IMG/VR virus record: IMGVR_UViG_3300028888_000055
Source of the DNA: a virus
Taxonomy: Duplodnaviria > Caudoviricetes
DNA length: 64,000 nt
Strand: one strand, 5' to 3'
Shown: piece by piece, positions 61,301 through 64,000 of the stretch
How the letters are laid out: each line of letters begins with the position of its first letter
How positions within the stretch are numbered: position 1 is the first letter of the stretch
Program-made: the position numbers and the translations under genes
Notes under the pieces: generated by a model
What the model saw: the letters and a program-made list of their open reading frames with translations, nothing else
Told to the model about the DNA's origin: nothing
Database searches by the model: none

Positions 61301-64000
61301 TAATGGCTTTCCAAAACTTGCACGAATAGCATATAGTGCATATGGGAGGAGAAACATTTAATGTCATTCCAGAAACAGTCGAAGTTAAACCTGCTGAGTT
61401 AGTTGTATCTAAAATATATGCAACTAAATTTGGAATAAAAAAGGGCGATAACTTAAATACTATTGATCTTTAGTATTTCATCGACCAACAAAAAGAAAAC
61501 TTCGTACCTAAAACGGAATTATATGATATAATGCTCCGCAGAGATAATGGAAGACATACTTATGTCCTATTGAGTAAACATAAAGACGAGTTATTAAATA
61601 AGCATTTTGTAAAAGTAAATCCACCTACTCGCGTAGACTCTATTACTGGCGATGTAATAAGGTTAAACGAATTAGAAGAGGATATGATGCCATTTAATAA
61701 CTGTGAATTATATGTTAAAGACGGAATAGAAGTAATTGTAACAGATGATCCTGCTGATTTAGTAGACGATGCTTTTGAGTATTCTTCATATGATATAAAC
61801 CCATCTAGTAAATTTGGATTAGAGGACTTAAAAATATTCGATACAATTCCTCTGAAGAGAATAGCACTAGAGCAGAGAGAAAATTATATTAATAATTTAG
61901 CTCAGAAAAAGTGGACTTCTTTTTAGCAGTCATTAGAATTTATAGCTGCTCGTATTCCTGCTCAGGCCTTGCAATCTTTTATGCCTATGAAGGTAGTAGG
62001 ATTCACTGATTCTGAAGAAAACAAAGCTTATGTTTCCCATTTTTAGACTTATCTCCAAGGTTCTGACTACGATATTGATAAAGTATATTTAATGGGTAAC
62101 GAGTTTACAGAATCTGGAATCTATATTGGCTGGAGTCCATTCTTTAACTTAAATAGTTTACAGAAGTTAAAGATTTCCCAGGAAATTCCTATGCCAAATG
62201 GTTTAGAATACTCGCTGGTTTCTAAGCAAGATGCTGCTGAAAATGTCTAGGATATAACAGAAGATATAATTAATCTTAAATTAGCAGAACTTAATTACGG
62301 ATAGGATAGTATTTAGTATTTAACTACAATTAAGAACCTTCTTGTTAAGATTTAGTAGAATAAAAATTCAGAATTAGCAGTAGATTATGCTTCATTAGCA
62401 GACACTTTCATAAAAGAAGGTATTGCTCATGATCCTACAGCGTCTTTACAGTTTGTTTAGGATGAATCTGAGAGAATACTTGATATGATTAATAGGCATT
62501 CTTCCTATTTTAAAACAGTTAAGAATAAGGATATGCGCTTAAAAATGACTAAGAATTCTGTCACATCCAAGATGTATAAAACTGCTAATCTTCCAGAAAA
62601 TACTTATGCTGCTTATAGTCCTATTGAGATGGGAGAAACTAGAGAAGCTGCCACTAAGTCTTAGATGGGTGAAGCTGAGAAAGATTACACTACCTTTAAT
62701 CCAGTGTCTAAGTTTATGATGCATTATCAAAACATGATGGGTAAAGATGGTATTGGTATATCGGCGGTAGGAGAAAAAGTATTATTCTGTTTGTAGTTCT
62801 ACTTTAACGAAGCTGCAAGACTAGATTCAAATTTAGACGATCTTAATTCTGACGAATTTAAATACTAGAGAAATGCATTCTTCCATAAGTAGCTGGATAT
62901 AATAGCTTCTGGTACGGATAGAATGACTGTAATTCGCAACCTTATTGCAAATATTAATTTGAGAAATAATGATCATATATGGGCTCAAATTATTAATTCT
63001 AATGTAGCTGAATTAGAGAGTTTAATGCAAACAAGCCAGGATAAAGAAAGGATTGCATTTTTACAAGATATGATATTGCTTCAATTAAATTATATGAAAG
63101 ACAGTTCTCTTGTAAATAGTTCTCTTCTTTCTGCGGCAACTGATAATGCTAAAGAGCTTATCCTTGCAAAAATTAATGCTAACCCTGATATGATGAAAGT
63201 TTATACCTATGGTATAATATTAGGAATTGACTTTACAGATATAGCAAACTTGATGACATCTCCTACTATAAATGCTGTTAATTAGTTAAGTGATGTTAAT
63301 ATATTTGAGAAGGATAGCTTAGTATCTGCCATTACATCTTCTTTAAATTCTCTTAAGAAGGGTATAAATCCAGGGGAATACCTTAATACTACTGATATAG
63401 AAATAATCGAAGACTTACTTTTTAAAGTACCAAACGGAGACTCTAGAAGACTAGATTTACAGGAGCTTATTCGTAAATCCAAAACATCTAGTGTAGAAGG
63501 ACATACTACATTTAAGCAAGATTTAGATAGCGTAAATAAGGGAGAAGTTAGTTGGGAGCAATTTGCAGCAAATTGGTCAGTTAAAATCTATAGCATCATT
63601 AAGCTAATGGACGGCTTAAGTGGTTCTAACCCTTCTCCAAGTATTCAATAGCTTTACAGATATTTATTTAAGATGCAAGAATGGTTAGATATCGTAAAGG
63701 ATATTGACTAGAGAACCCTTCTCACCTTTAAGGATATGTTAGATTCAGCAGAAGAATTTGTTACTTTTGGTGCTATTTTGGGTATTAATTAGGGCATTAG
63801 AACTGATGTTGATGGTAAACTAGCATATTTAAATAGAATAGAGAATGTATTTAAAAATAGATTCGATAAAGGAGCTTCTACAAATGTAAGTGATATTCTA
63901 GCTGCTAAACCTTATTATGTAAAATTCTATGGCGGAGAGCAAGAGGCTAGAAATTACATAGAAGCTACTGTTAAGAAGGCGGATTCTTTAGGAATCTATA
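55381..64000 (+). CDS. Virion-packaged single-chain RNA polymerase (crAss-like, >2870 aa, 3' truncated)
   Basis: All + track ORFs from 55381 to 62923 are in one frame. ARIPAQALQS, catalytic GSDYDIDK (DYDID at 62065-62079), DAHDG and SAATDNAK motifs match the two-barrel RNAP of phi14:2/crAss-like phages. Confidence 0.9.

Larger units (their letters stand above)
1..64000 (+). mobile_element. crAss-like phage (Crassvirales) structural/late gene and virion-RNAP module, genetic code 15 (TAG=Gln)
   Basis: Crassvirales-type gene set and order: portal, scaffold-like, MCP, ring proteins, IHF-like pair, muzzle, cargo proteins, giant RNAP with DxDxD. Single coding strand, Bacteroidetes-type TAnnTTTG promoters, and near-complete coding density only when TAG is read through. 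Confidence 0.93.

Noticed and set aside
1012-63482. All minus-strand track ORFs, and off-frame plus ORFs (5893, 18362, 41662, 48211)
   Set aside because: They are short, lie wholly within long code-15 genes and have no recognisable motifs; they are shadow ORFs.
1-64000. Mass pseudogenisation or sequencing error as the cause of ORF fragmentation
   Set aside because: Interruptions are exclusively TAG, with no frameshifts or internal TAA/TGA in the stretches translated. Catalytic motifs are intact and TAG aligns with Gln in paralogous repeats.
1-64000. TAG as pyrrolysine or another amino acid; TGA recoding
   Set aside because: Internal alignments give Gln. TGA ends genes normally at 1757, 17698, 18930 and 26312, with the next start adjacent or overlapping.
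45396-64000. Group I introns or inteins in the giant genes
   Set aside because: Frames are continuous, and no LAGLIDADG/HNH ORF or intein C...HN(C/S/T) boundaries were recognised. A small intein cannot be fully excluded without an HMM search.

Overview
AT-rich 64 kb segment of a crAss-like (Crassvirales) Bacteroidetes phage genome. All genes are on the + strand, and they use an alternative genetic code in which TAG encodes glutamine (code 15). The fragmented ORF track is an artefact of reading TAG as stop. Re-reading by hand with only TAA/TGA as stops gives about 36 tightly packed genes. In order these are: portal C-terminus; a block of membrane and fibre genes; acidic scaffold-like protein; major capsid protein; a second fibre/adhesin block; a PG-binding amidase endolysin; ring/tail proteins; two IHF-like candidates; a tail-stabilisation (muzzle) protein apparently split across two genes; and large virion cargo proteins. 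The cargo group includes a 3,323-aa protein with an SF1 helicase domain and a >2,870-aa virion RNA polymerase (GSDYDID) that runs off the end of the window. TAG=Gln is supported from within the window, because paralogous repeats alternate TAG with CAA/CAG. The most notable extra structure is: (i) TAG is absent from the presumed high-copy genes that precede hairpin terminators, but is often placed early in other genes, including the endolysin; (ii) five fibre proteins share an N-terminal KQxxD...YPxT motif and a kit of shuffled modules; (iii) one fibre carries a dockerin-like EF-hand pair; (iv) a K/F-x-x-GG signal recurs in the cargo proteins. No tRNA, CRISPR, intron, intein or reverse transcriptase was seen. 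Function calls come from motif recognition and gene order only; no database search was run.
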